A stretch of 47,194 nt of DNA from a virus (taxonomy: Duplodnaviria; Caudoviricetes): positions 1-47,194 of IMG/VR virus record IMGVR_UViG_3300032212_000694; one strand, given 5' to 3'. Under the pieces are notes generated by a model. The model worked only from the letters and a program-made list of their open reading frames with translations, did not search any database and was not told where the DNA came from. The translations under genes and the position numbers were made by a program. Positions 1-9,480 of this stretch are shown here, piece by piece. The stretch's first letter is position 1. Every line of letters begins with the position of its first letter.

Positions 1-378
1 TTATGAAAAAGGGTTTGGAGGTAGATTGTCTTTTTCATACTCACGTTTTTCTTTACTTCTTTCTCTTCGTTCTTCTCTTTCATTTCTACGATACTCTCTA
101 TCTTTCTCATTACGATATTTACGATTCTCTCTTTCTGTTTCTTCTCTATATTTTTGCTCCTCTTTATCACGTTCTCTATTATATTTACGTTCTTCCCTAT
201 CTCTTTCTTCGTTATATTTACGATTTTCTTTTTCTCTTTTATCATGGTACTTACGTTCTTTCTTTTCACTTTTATGCTTATTACCTTTTTCTACCCAAGA
301 CGGTTTATCAGCTGAAAGAATAGTTGTGCCCATTATAGCAAGTAGTGCAATCATCAACTTTAGATTTATTAATTTCAT
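1..378 (-). CDS. Secreted, highly charged (E/R/K) low-complexity coiled-coil protein
   Basis: Part of ORF 1..402; likely start ATG 378 after AAGGAG. Signal peptide MKLINLKLMIALLAIMGTTILSA, then ~11-residue RKYNEERDREE-like repeats. Confidence 0.7.
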   Translation of the reverse strand: MKLINLKLMIALLAIMGTTILSADKPSWVEKGNKHKSEKKERKYHDKREKENRKYNEERDREERKYNRERDKEEQKYREETERENRKYRNEKDREYRRNEREERRERSKEKREYEKDNLPPNPFS

Positions 379-669
379 TGTAGCTCCTTTTTCAAATATC
401 ATTATTGTATAACAAAATTCTTGTTATAACAATTGGAGTAAATATTATTCAATTAAAACCTTTATAAATTACAGCTTCATAATAGCTTAATTCCACCAAA
501 ATCTTTTTCCAAAAATCAATATCATTTCTCTTATATTTAAAATTCACTTTAGCTTAGGTTGTGAATTAACTTTTAAAGCACCTTAAAATCAAAGGGGTGG
601 GGTGGGTAAGATTATTCTAAGGTGCTGTGTGGCATTTTTACTCTTCTACAGGCCCTTACCTACATTAGC

Positions 670-3600
670 TTACTTCACACACCGTATAAAAGCACGAAGG
701 CTCTTATAATGAGTACTCGAGTTACCCCTATCAAAACGAATGAACCACACACCGTCTGCACCACCTGTACCTGTGGTAGATGACCAATAAGCTAACGAAA
801 TAAATCCTAAATCTTTATAACAAGTTTGATAAGATTCATTTAAAGGATTATTTACTGTATCGTCAATAACTCCTCCACACTTAGTTATAACTGCTCTTAG
901 CTCATCTCTAGTCGCTAACCTTGTACCCCTATAGGTACATATTTTTTGTGCTGTATCCCAATTTGATGTGCACTTATTTTTACCATAATAATTAAATTGA
1001 CCACCATTACTTTCACAGGTCAATTTTGTTGGGTATGACCAACTTAAGCTATTATCTGATGATGTTTCTGATTGTTTTTTATATTTTCCTAATGTGTTAT
1101 CAGGATTACGTAGATTAAGTTCTATGCTAGTAATTTTTTCAATAGTAGAAGGTGTACCCCACACACCCGTTGAATCGTACTTAAATTCTAGTTTTGTACC
1201 ATTTTGCTTATAGCTATAAGGTTGTATGTCTTTTTGGTATCCTGGGATATTAACACTATATTCACCTCTTCCATTGTTATCAAAACTAATAGTTACTTTT
1301 CCGCTAGATAAACCTTGAAATTCCCATACACCAACAATATTAATTGTCGAATCTAAATTATTGGCTGATGATGTACTCTCCTTAACACAACTAGCACCAC
1401 TCTTTTCATAACCAGTATTACAATGTGATAGTTCACAACTTCCATAACTTGACCATATAAGTGAACTAGTACAACTTCTTTTTGCAAATCCTAAACCATT
1501 TGTAATAGAACATGATTTTGCATCTGTATCACCACTATTACATTCAGTACCAATAGTTTTAGATTGAGTAGTTGTTGTATCAAAGTATTTCTTAGCAGTA
1601 GTAACAGCCTTAGATGAAGCATCAAAAATATCACTAGAACTTGAAGATACACTCTCTCCAAGAGATGTTATTTTATCTTTTATATTATCAAATTTTCTAC
1701 TTATTCTATCACTGAGAATTGAAGGTAAATTCAGTATATTGTTATTTAGTGATTTTAACTTATCTAAAATAGTTTCTCCACCATTAACAATACTATTTGC
1801 ATCATCTAGTAGAGTATTAATTGTTTTCATTGTAGCAGCAACTCCAACTACAGCTAACCATAAAGGTAATACTCTAGTTTTTCTAGTTGTACTAAAATAC
1901 TCTTTACCCTCATACTTCATTGAATTTAAAGATGAATCATGTGTAAATACATCAAAGTAACCATCTTTAACTTCTAAGACTGCATTAGATGTTTTAGAAC
2001 TAATTTCATAAACATATTTAATCTTATTATTCTCAGATTTATAAACTAACGCTCCACCATATAATGAATTTGGATAGGTAATGAATGAATCTAGTTTACT
2101 GTTTTTAATATTTCCATAAAGAGTGTCATTACTGTTTGTAATCATCTCAAAATTAACTCCATAACTGTTCTGATTATAGAGCTGAACACTCTTAACACTT
2201 TTAAAAGGTGATGAGCTAGAGCTTGTAGTATTTGTAGTACTTGAACCACTTCCTAAAGTAATAGTTCTACCATCACTTGATAAATTAGCACTATTAAAAA
2301 GATTGTCAACACTTCCTCCACTAATAGGAGTCCATGTAAAGTTAGTTAAACTATGTTCCCATAGAGTTACACTGTTAGTATCTTCACCTGAGCGTGTATC
2401 AGCTATAAAGACTTTACCAGAGTTTGTCATCCAAAAAAACCATTTAATTGGATGTGAGCCAGTAAGCTCATTGATATAATTTTGCTTAGTTGATGAATAT
2501 GTACTTATTGGACTACCTAAAGTTATAGTTCTTCCATCACTTGATAGATTAACACTATTAAAGAGTTTGTCAGTGCTTCCACCACTTATTGGTGTCCACG
2601 TAAAGTTACTTAAACTATGTTCCCATAGTGTTACACTGTTAGCACTCTCTCCTGACCTTGTATCAGCTATAAATACTCTTCCTGAGTTAGTCATCCAGAA
2701 AAACCATTTGATTGCATTAGAACCTGTAAGTTCATTAACATAGGATTGTTGTTTGCTTGCTATAGAGGTGGTTTGTGTTGAAGAAGTAGTTTCTACTGAA
2801 GCCTTTGATAAGCTTATTTGTTTTGGAGTTGAACTATTAGTTGTAGTTCCATCACCTAGTTGTCCAACACTGTTCCTACCAGTAACAAAAAGAGTCCCAT
2901 CTGTTTTTAGTATTAGAGAGTGAGAGTCTCCTGCAGAAACAGAACTTATATCGCTCATAACTTCAACTGGGGTTGAACGATTAACTCTAGTTCCATCACC
3001 AAGTTGTCCAAAACTGTTTGATCCAAAACTAAAAAGAGTTCTATCTGTTTTTAGTATTAGGGAGTAAAAGTTTCCTGAAGAAATAGAACTAATACCACTA
3101 ATAATCTCAATTGGAGTTGAACTATTAGTTGTAGTTCCATCACCAAGTTCTCCAGAATAGTTTGATCCAACACTATAGAGAGTTCCATCTGTTTTTAGTA
3201 TTAAAGAGTGATAGTATCCTGCAGAAATAGAGCTAACATCACTCATAATCTCAACAGGAGTTGAACGATCAGTTGTAGTTCCATCACCGAGTTGTCCAAA
3301 ATTATTATTGCCAAAGCTATAAAGTGTTCCATCTGTTTTTAGTATTAAAGAGTGATAGTAACCTGCAGAAATAGAACTAATACCACTCATAATCTCAACT
3401 GGTGTTGAACGATTAGTTGTAGTTCCATCACCAAGTTGGCCACTACTGTTTCTTCCAACACTAAAGAGAGTTCCATCTGTTTTTAGTATTAAAGAGTGAT
3501 AGCCTCCTGCAGAAATAGAGCTAACGCCACTCATTATCTGTTTTGGGGTTGAACTATTAGTTGTAGTTCCATCACCGAGTTGTCCATACGTATTATCTCC

Positions 3601-3888
3601 AACACTAAAAAGTGCTCCATCTGTTTTTAATATTAGTGTATGTTTAAGCCCTCCAGAAATAGAACTAACGTTGCCCATAATCTCAACTGGAGTTAAACGA
3701 TATGTTGTTGTAGTTCCATCACCGAGTTGTCCACTATTGTTAAACCCAACACTAAAAAGAGTTCCATCAGATTTTAGTATCAAAGAGTGACTACCTCCTG
3801 CTGAAACTTGCTTAACAGAATCTAGTGCATTTACACTTGAATATAATAAAACTATAGTTAAAATAGTACGTAGTAAGTTATGAAGCAT
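670..3888 (-). CDS. Large secreted modular protein: RCC1-like beta-propeller repeats, two copies of an unknown ~85-aa domain, C-terminal DUF1566/Lcl-like domain
   Basis: Signal peptide; ~7 repeats of SISAGxxHSLILKTDGTLxSxGxNxxGQLGDGTTT; C-terminus YWSST...WFIRFDRG...FIRCVK. Confidence 0.85.
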   Translation of the reverse strand: MLHNLLRTILTIVLLYSSVNALDSVKQVSAGGSHSLILKSDGTLFSVGFNNSGQLGDGTTTTYRLTPVEIMGNVSSISGGLKHTLILKTDGALFSVGDNTYGQLGDGTTTNSSTPKQIMSGVSSISAGGYHSLILKTDGTLFSVGRNSSGQLGDGTTTNRSTPVEIMSGISSISAGYYHSLILKTDGTLYSFGNNNFGQLGDGTTTDRSTPVEIMSDVSSISAGYYHSLILKTDGTLYSVGSNYSGELGDGTTTNSSTPIEIISGISSISSGNFYSLILKTDRTLFSFGSNSFGQLGDGTRVNRSTPVEVMSDISSVSAGDSHSLILKTDGTLFVTGRNSVGQLGDGTTTNSSTPKQISLSKASVETTSSTQTTSIASKQQSYVNELTGSNAIKWFFWMTNSGRVFIADTRSGESANSVTLWEHSLSNFTWTPISGGSTDKLFNSVNLSSDGRTITLGSPISTYSSTKQNYINELTGSHPIKWFFWMTNSGKVFIADTRSGEDTNSVTLWEHSLTNFTWTPISGGSVDNLFNSANLSSDGRTITLGSGSSTTNTTSSSSSPFKSVKSVQLYNQNSYGVNFEMITNSNDTLYGNIKNSKLDSFITYPNSLYGGALVYKSENNKIKYVYEISSKTSNAVLEVKDGYFDVFTHDSSLNSMKYEGKEYFSTTRKTRVLPLWLAVVGVAATMKTINTLLDDANSIVNGGETILDKLKSLNNNILNLPSILSDRISRKFDNIKDKITSLGESVSSSSSDIFDASSKAVTTAKKYFDTTTTQSKTIGTECNSGDTDAKSCSITNGLGFAKRSCTSSLIWSSYGSCELSHCNTGYEKSGASCVKESTSSANNLDSTINIVGVWEFQGLSSGKVTISFDNNGRGEYSVNIPGYQKDIQPYSYKQNGTKLEFKYDSTGVWGTPSTIEKITSIELNLRNPDNTLGKYKKQSETSSDNSLSWSYPTKLTCESNGGQFNYYGKNKCTSNWDTAQKICTYRGTRLATRDELRAVITKCGGVIDDTVNNPLNESYQTCYKDLGFISLAYWSSTTGTGGADGVWFIRFDRGNSSTHYKSLRAFIRCVK
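2812..3810 (-). repeat. Intragenic ~147-bp (49-aa) tandem repeats encoding RCC1-like blades
   Basis: Recurring gttccatcaccaagttgtcc and ccatctgtttttagtatta on the + strand. Confidence 0.9.
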
Positions 3889-4161
3889 TTATGAACCTTG
3901 ATAGGTAAAATTAGTATAATAATATCATAAATATTAAATGCATCCTTTATACTAAATCCCACCCATCAAGTAAGGTTGGGGGGTATCTCTAAAAACAATC
4001 TAAAACAGTATGTACAACTTCTGTGTATCTAATAACTTTATTTTTTAACTATAATAAAAAATACAGCTTTTAGAATCCCATACGGGTTTTTTATAGCCTA
4101 GTAATTTTTCACAGGATAATGGTATTGGATTTGATATTTAGGTCTTTTATGGGCTTATTAC

Positions 4162-4274
4162 TTGTGTAATCAATTAGGAGAATGTAAATACCCCATCTTT
4201 TGCGGAACTCTTATATAATATAAGGTTTCCTCCAATTCTTGGGATAAATTTATGAACTCTACTAGATTACGCAA
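4162..4274. repeat. Diverged intergenic repeat copy 1 (~113 bp, ~10-bp imperfect terminal inverted repeats)
   Basis: Aligns colinearly with 5554-5665; ends are ttgtgtaatc...gattacgcaa. Confidence 0.75.
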
Positions 4275-4320
4275 GAGTAAGTACTTCTAATACAAACAGA
4301 GAATTATGAATTAAAAAACT

Positions 4321-5511
4321 TTAATACTTATCAGATATTAAAGATGTACCATTTTTAATAATCCTAGTAAAAACTAGAGTTTGAGTCTCTTTTGAATCTT
4401 TTACTATCATGGTCATTGTATTGTCTTTTACAGTTGTGGAAGTACTTGTAGCACTATCGAAGCCATACTCAAAATTGCTATCTCCAGTTACAGTATTACA
4501 CCCTGTACCAGAGCCATCATCATTACATGTTAAAGATAAATCAGTATCTTTATCTACGGTAAAAGTTGTGTTTCCGCTTGCACCTATACTGTATGAGCCA
4601 AATTCTGTCATATTGTACTTACCACCATCACTATTGGCTGAAGTTGTATGTGTTATCTCTTTTGATGTATCAATATCAACTTCCATATATCTGTTATTTG
4701 AATTTAAAACAAGTAATACAGCTTTATAGTGATTTACATTGGATACTGTAAACTCTTGATAATTTGCAAGCCAAGCACCAACATAATTTTTACTGCTATC
4801 ACTAATACGTTTCATACTAATATTAGCAAAGTTTAAAGAGTCATTGCTTGGGCTATATGTAAATATGGCATCTTTTGCAGTATCACCAGCATTTGTATTG
4901 AGATTTTTTGCATCTGCGTTAGTAAAGTTGTCACCATTTAATGTGTAATTACCAACTTCTATTCCTCCTATCTTTCCACCCTCTCCTAATGATTGCTGAG
5001 TCGAAAAATAATGCTTATTATCAAAGTTTACAAGTAATAATGACATATCTGCACCACCAGATGATACTGTCCATGCACCAGTTATTATCGCACTATTTGA
5101 TGTTTTAGTAGAAGTAATAGAAGTGGAACTAGAAGAGGCACCTAGAGTAATAGATCTTCCATCACTGCTTAAGGAGATAGTATCAAATATTTTTTCTACA
5201 TTTCCACCACTTACGGGAGTCCATGTAAAGTTAGTTAAACTATGTTCCCAAATTGTAGTTTTATCTGCACTTTCACCTGAGCGTGTATCTGCAATAAATA
5301 CTCTTCCAGAGTTTGTCATCCAAAAGAACCATTTAATTTTATTAGTTCCAGAAAGTTCATTAATATAATCTTGCTTTTGTGCTTCAGTAATTCTAATTTG
5401 TTTGTTAGATATATTCTGAGAAAAGTCATCTATTTGTGATGCGTAAGATGAAGATGTTAGCATTAAAAATGCGCTTGTTAGATTTATACTGATTGATTTT
5501 AGTTTATTCAA
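4321..5511 (-). CDS. Secreted protein whose N-terminal ~85-aa domain is shared with the neighbouring 1072-aa protein
   Basis: Signal peptide; YINELSGTNKIKWFFWMTNSGRVFIADTRSGE...SSDGRSITLG. Confidence 0.8.
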   Translation of the reverse strand: MNKLKSISINLTSAFLMLTSSSYASQIDDFSQNISNKQIRITEAQKQDYINELSGTNKIKWFFWMTNSGRVFIADTRSGESADKTTIWEHSLTNFTWTPVSGGNVEKIFDTISLSSDGRSITLGASSSSTSITSTKTSNSAIITGAWTVSSGGADMSLLLVNFDNKHYFSTQQSLGEGGKIGGIEVGNYTLNGDNFTNADAKNLNTNAGDTAKDAIFTYSPSNDSLNFANISMKRISDSSKNYVGAWLANYQEFTVSNVNHYKAVLLVLNSNNRYMEVDIDTSKEITHTTSANSDGGKYNMTEFGSYSIGASGNTTFTVDKDTDLSLTCNDDGSGTGCNTVTGDSNFEYGFDSATSTSTTVKDNTMTMIVKDSKETQTLVFTRIIKNGTSLISDKY

Positions 5512-5553
5512 TAAGGTCCTTTTGGAATTTTATTAAGATATTGTATCTTATTA

Positions 5554-5665
5554 TTGCGTAATCCATCAAGAAAATGTAATTATCTCATCTTTTGCAGAAC
5601 TCTTATATAATACAAGATTCCCTTAATTATTTGGCTAAATTTATGAGCACTTCCAGATTACTCAA
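5554..5665. repeat. Diverged intergenic repeat copy 2
   Basis: ttgcgtaatc...gattactcaa; core catcttttgc(a/g)gaactcttatataata shared with 4162-4274. Confidence 0.75.
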
Positions 5666-5883
5666 CATCGTATTATGAAGAAGGAATCCATGAAATAGAT
5701 TGACCAAAGTATTAATCAAAACGCCTTATGAAGTTTTTTCAAGGAGTTTGCTAGAAAAATGGCCACTTAATTTAGATGGAAATTGCACTTATTTTTTGAA
5801 TTAAAGTTTACAAAAGTGTAACTTGGGATTTCTTAAGTAGTATTAGTACATGAATAAAAGTCTTCTAAAGCCCTAAAGTAGGG

Positions 5884-5900
5884 TGGTACCGAGAGCCGGA
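5884..5900 (-). other. Prophage att core: duplicated 3' end of a tRNA gene (tRNA-Leu-like)
   Basis: Minus strand reads TCCGGCTCTCGGTACCA, i.e. 3' half of a T-arm, acceptor stem and CCA, 16 bp beyond the integrase stop. No full tRNA here. Confidence 0.75.
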
Positions 5901-5916
5901 TACTTTCAAAATGCCT

Positions 5917-7056
5917 TTATAGCGTACTTCCCGTGTTACTGTCAGCTGAATTGTCAGTAAACGGGTTAAAATTTCTCTTAAGTTTTAAGTGCTCACCTTT
6001 GATATATTTCGCGTAGTTTTTGATAATCATTTCACTATTTGAGTGACCTACCATCTGCGCTATATCTAAAATGCTATACTCGCTACTTTTGAGCATATTT
6101 GTTATAAAAGTGTGTCTTGTACTATATAGTATTTTATAAGGTATTTCACACTTATTTAACAGTTTTTTCCAATGAGGTGTTAGCGTCTTACTTCCAAAAA
6201 ACATTTTATTTGTTTTTGGATTCACGAACACATCAAGGTTTTTATTTTTTCTAGCTATTGCTAACTGCTCTTTGACGTAAGGCAATAGTGGCTCAAAGAT
6301 TGGAATATCTCTTACACTGCTTTTTGTCTTTGGCGTGTTAATGTCGCCATGCCTTAGTCGTCTTACGATAGAGATAGTTCCATTGTCTAAATCAACGTCA
6401 CTCCATCTAAGAGCTAATAACTCACCAGTTCTTGCGCCTGTAAAAAATGCAAATGCCAAGAAGTTTTTTAACCAGCCATCTGCATTTTTCAACAAGGTAT
6501 TTACTTCTGCTACTGAGAATGGTTCAGTCACCTCTTTATCATGCTTTGGCAGCTTGATATTTAATGCTGGATTTGATACAATCTCTTCGTAATCAATAGC
6601 AATGTTTAGCACTGCGCTAATAGCACTTAAGAGAGTCCTAGCTCTTTTTGGTGTGATCTCCTTAAGTCTTAAATCAATAAATCTTTTAACATCAGCTCTT
6701 TTAATATCTTTTACATTTTTATTGCCAAATGTTGGCAAAAGCTGATTTACAACTATGTTTCTAAGTTCTCTATAACTTTTTAGGTTCTCTTTTGAGAGCA
6801 AGAGTTTGTCTGCATAGTATTCAAAAGTTTTAGGTTTGTCCTGGTCTTGCAAGAACTCACCGTTTATGATTTGTGCTTCAAGCTTTGGAATCATACTTTT
6901 TTGAACTAATCGTCTATTTGTTGCTGTATCTGCAAGTTTAGTGCTGCGTTGTATCTTTTTATCATTAACAACAAATTGCAAATATAACTTGCCTTGTCTA
7001 TTAAACATGCTAACCAAAGGTTTATCCTTTCGGTCAGCGATTTTTGCACGACTCAT
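5917..7056 (-). CDS. int: Phage integrase (tyrosine recombinase)
   Basis: TGARTGELLALRWSDVD, KT(K), YSTRHTF, VGHSN and YAKY motifs; adjacent to the att core; CTGACA direct repeats (arm-type) at 5940-5957. Confidence 0.95.
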   Translation of the reverse strand: MSRAKIADRKDKPLVSMFNRQGKLYLQFVVNDKKIQRSTKLADTATNRRLVQKSMIPKLEAQIINGEFLQDQDKPKTFEYYADKLLLSKENLKSYRELRNIVVNQLLPTFGNKNVKDIKRADVKRFIDLRLKEITPKRARTLLSAISAVLNIAIDYEEIVSNPALNIKLPKHDKEVTEPFSVAEVNTLLKNADGWLKNFLAFAFFTGARTGELLALRWSDVDLDNGTISIVRRLRHGDINTPKTKSSVRDIPIFEPLLPYVKEQLAIARKNKNLDVFVNPKTNKMFFGSKTLTPHWKKLLNKCEIPYKILYSTRHTFITNMLKSSEYSILDIAQMVGHSNSEMIIKNYAKYIKGEHLKLKRNFNPFTDNSADSNTGSTL

Positions 7057-7058
7057 GA

Positions 7059-7322
7059 TTATACCTTTTTTAGACCTCTTGTAATACTTTCAAGGATTTT
7101 ATTTGCTATTTCATCTTCCTCAGCTGTTACTGTTGTACCAGCCCATTTTCTCATTGCGTCTCTATTCCAAAGAGTATTTTTTCTACCTTTTGGAATAAAG
7201 AAGTGTATTCCATTGATGAAAGTTGAGTTCTTTTTACCCTCTGCAAGTTCTTTTTCACTTAGTTCAACAATTTCAGCACGTAGAGTGCCTGTACTTATGA
7301 ATTCAGGTATGTTTTTTTGCAT
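7059..7322 (-). CDS. Excisionase-like small DNA-binding protein
   Basis: Likely start ATG 7322 after AAGGA; immediately upstream of int; GIHFFIPKGRKNTLWNRDAMRKW resembles Xis wing motifs. Confidence 0.6.
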   Translation of the reverse strand: MQKNIPEFISTGTLRAEIVELSEKELAEGKKNSTFINGIHFFIPKGRKNTLWNRDAMRKWAGTTVTAEEDEIANKILESITRGLKKV

Positions 7323-7347
7323 AGGGTGTCCTTTATATATTTTTATA

Positions 7348-8025
7348 TTAACTTTCAGTGTAGGCTTCATGTATGAAACTTTGGATGCTTTGTATTTTTA
7401 TGCGTAGTCTGTTGTATTTGCCCTCAAGGCTTTTTAGTTTGGCAGCTGCTTTTTGAGCATCTGTACCATGTTCTTTTATAAACTCTACAACTCTTATCCA
7501 GTGGTTAGCTCTATTTTCGTACCAAAGTCTGTCTTTAGTTGGTACACGATCTAATTCTTCTTGTGTTTGCTTTAGCAGCTCTTCAAATGCAGGTGATTGA
7601 AGTGGGTTTTTATTTTCAATTTGTTTTGGGTTTGATTCCAATTGTTTTTGAAGTAGGGCTATTGTTGTGTTTTGGGTTAGAACTAATTGTTTGTAGTCGG
7701 TGTCTGATGAATGAAGTTCTTGCTTCATTCTAAAAAACTCTTCAATTAATTTAATTTTAAAATCTACAACTTCTTTACTATTTTTTAAAAAAGTTATAAA
7801 TAGGTATGACTGTTGTTCGTTTAGGTAATATTGCTTTTGAGGTCGTCCACTTGTTTTTATAGTCTCAAATTCAAGTTTTCCGAATTTTTCAAGTTGTTTT
7901 TTATGTGTTCTCATTAACCTTTGTAAAGATTGAGTGTCATTAGCAGATATTTCTGCAACTTTTTGAAGTGTTGTAACCAGTTCACCGTTATATTTTTCTA
8001 CTAAAGCTGTCATAATGCTCTCCAA
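7348..8025 (-). CDS. Rha-family phage regulatory/antirepressor-like protein
   Basis: GRPQKQYYLNEQQSYLFITFLKNSKEVVDFKIKLIEEFFRMK matches the Rha N-terminal domain pattern. Confidence 0.8.
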   Translation of the reverse strand: MESIMTALVEKYNGELVTTLQKVAEISANDTQSLQRLMRTHKKQLEKFGKLEFETIKTSGRPQKQYYLNEQQSYLFITFLKNSKEVVDFKIKLIEEFFRMKQELHSSDTDYKQLVLTQNTTIALLQKQLESNPKQIENKNPLQSPAFEELLKQTQEELDRVPTKDRLWYENRANHWIRVVEFIKEHGTDAQKAAAKLKSLEGKYNRLRIKIQSIQSFIHEAYTES

Positions 8026-8045
8026 TAAATGTAGTATATGAGAGT

Positions 8046-8074
8046 ATTGTATATTAAAAATGTAATATTGTCAA
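8046..8074 (-). promoter_or_regulatory. Sigma70 promoter for the rha-xis-int unit
   Basis: Minus strand TTGACA-17 bp-TACAAT. Confidence 0.7.
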
Positions 8075-8130
8075 TTAATAATATACTTATTGTATAGTTT
8101 TAGTAGTTATCGGATTTAAAATCCGTAAAG

Positions 8131-8298
8131 TTAATCTTTATGAATTGGTACTTTTACATCATTTACTATTAAATTCATAATATATTGAGTTAGTGGTATA
8201 CCAACTTCATCGGCTCTACTTTCAAGCTTTTCTTTTAATTGGTCACTTAAAGTCAATTGCACTTTATTTACGCCCGTTTTCTTCTCATCCGCCATCAT
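8131..8298 (-). CDS. Ribbon-helix-helix (Arc/CopG-like) regulator, 55 aa, below the ORF-track cutoff
   Basis: MMADEKKTGVIKVQLTLSDQLKEKLESRADEVGIPLTQYIMNLIVNDVKVPIHKD; AAGGA RBS; followed by hairpin cggattt-a-aaatccg. Confidence 0.7.
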   Translation of the reverse strand: MMADEKKTGVNKVQLTLSDQLKEKLESRADEVGIPLTQYIMNLIVNDVKVPIHKD

Positions 8299-8348
8299 AA
8301 TTCCTTTTTAGTATAATTTTACGCCTCTCTTTATGAAAGGAGATTTAT

Positions 8349-8627
8349 TTGTCAAATGTAGCTGTGAATGTTTACAATCACTCAGGCACTCTATTAAAAA
8401 CGTTTAATGTGCGGTTAGACGCGATTCCAAGAGCTGGTGAGATTATCATTATTGGTGAAAAACTTGATAATACTCGTGAGTTTATTGTGCTTAATGTAAA
8501 ACACATGATTCTAAGCAATAGTGCTGAAATCACGTGTGAGTCTTTTTACCCTCATACTGGAGAGAGTCGTTCTTTTTATCTAACAAAAGAAGGGTGGCTA
8601 AACGATTATGACGATACTCAGTCATAA
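8349..8627 (+). CDS. Hypothetical protein, counter-oriented moron
   Basis: Strong AAAGGAG RBS and TATAAT at ~8313; opposite strand to the early-left operon. Confidence 0.6.
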   Translation: MSNVAVNVYNHSGTLLKTFNVRLDAIPRAGEIIIIGEKLDNTREFIVLNVKHMILSNSAEITCESFYPHTGESRSFYLTKEGWLNDYDDTQS

Positions 8628-8814
8628 TAGGAACTAGTTGTTTGTCCAACTGGGTTAATGTAGTGTAAATTTCACTATCTGTATTAAGTAAGACTTTTTC
8701 AAACTTAAACATCATCATTTTAACATCACTATGAAGAGAGGCTAATCCTTGTAGTGTTGCTAGCATCCTATTTCCATGTTCTTCATTATTTATTCCCAAT
8801 GCTTGTTCTAGCAT
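8530..8814 (-). CDS. Hypothetical phage protein
   Basis: AAGGA RBS; in-operon orientation; 3' end overlaps the convergent gene. Confidence 0.5.
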   Translation of the reverse strand: MLEQALGINNEEHGNRMLATLQGLASLHSDVKMMMFKFEKVLLNTDSEIYTTLTQLDKQLVPIMTEYRHNRLATLLLLDKKNDSLQYEGKKTHT

Positions 8815-8823
8815 TTTAAATCC

Positions 8824-9231
8824 TTAGTGTTTTTTACTTTTAAATCTATTTCTATCTATGAAATGACCAGTCTTAAAGTGATCGCTAGCAACCCTTCCAA
8901 ACTGTTCCCATCTAGATATTAGTTTTGTGAGTGGTTTAACAGACATACCTAAAGTTTCAGTTATTTCATATTTATGGTGTTTAAAACTTAAAGCAACTGC
9001 TTCTAGTCTTCCTACTGCTTCAATAAATGGTTTAACAGACATACCTAAAGTTTCAGTTATTTCATATTTATGGTGTTTAAAACTTAAAGCAACTGCTTCT
9101 AGTCTTCCTACTGCTTCAATAAATGGTTTAACAGACATACCTAAAGTTTCAGTTATTTCATATTTATGGTGTTTAAAACTTAAAGCAACTGCTTCTAGTC
9201 TTCCTACTGCTTCAATAAATGAATTTGTCAT
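8824..9231 (-). CDS. Hypothetical protein with three identical 32-aa repeats
   Basis: FIEAVGRLEAVALSFKHHKYEITETLGMSVKP x3. Confidence 0.6.
   Translation of the reverse strand: MTNSFIEAVGRLEAVALSFKHHKYEITETLGMSVKPFIEAVGRLEAVALSFKHHKYEITETLGMSVKPFIEAVGRLEAVALSFKHHKYEITETLGMSVKPLTKLISRWEQFGRVASDHFKTGHFIDRNRFKSKKH
8932..9219. repeat. Perfect 3 x 96-bp tandem repeat
   Basis: Units start at 8932, 9028 and 9124 and are identical. Confidence 0.95.
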
Positions 9232-9480
9232 TTTTACTGCCTTTCATAATATACATTATTAAATTTGTATCTAATATGCTACTTTTTATAGCATTTTATC
9301 TAAAAAATATATAGTATAAATGAGCTTGTTAAATTAAGAAAGCTTATGAGGTTTTTTTATCAATATCCATAGTGGATGTACAGATGAGAAAAATACTTGC
9401 ACCACCTAAAACAAAAGCAAGACCTATTAATATTATGCATACGCCTGTCATTATTCTGTCTCCAATGGTTCATGATTTTT

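Noticed and set aside
594-606. G-quadruplex
   Set aside because: Only three G-runs.
5884-5900. Complete tRNA gene
   Set aside because: Only the 3' 17 nt are present; no D-arm or anticodon arm. Treated as the att core.
1-7056. Classical integron
   Set aside because: The integrase is phage-type beside a tRNA att site; no convincing attC (RYYYAAC...GTTRRRY) sites were seen, and the flanking genes have long upstream regions.
8932-9219. CRISPR array
   Set aside because: Contiguous 96-bp in-frame units with no spacers; no cas genes.
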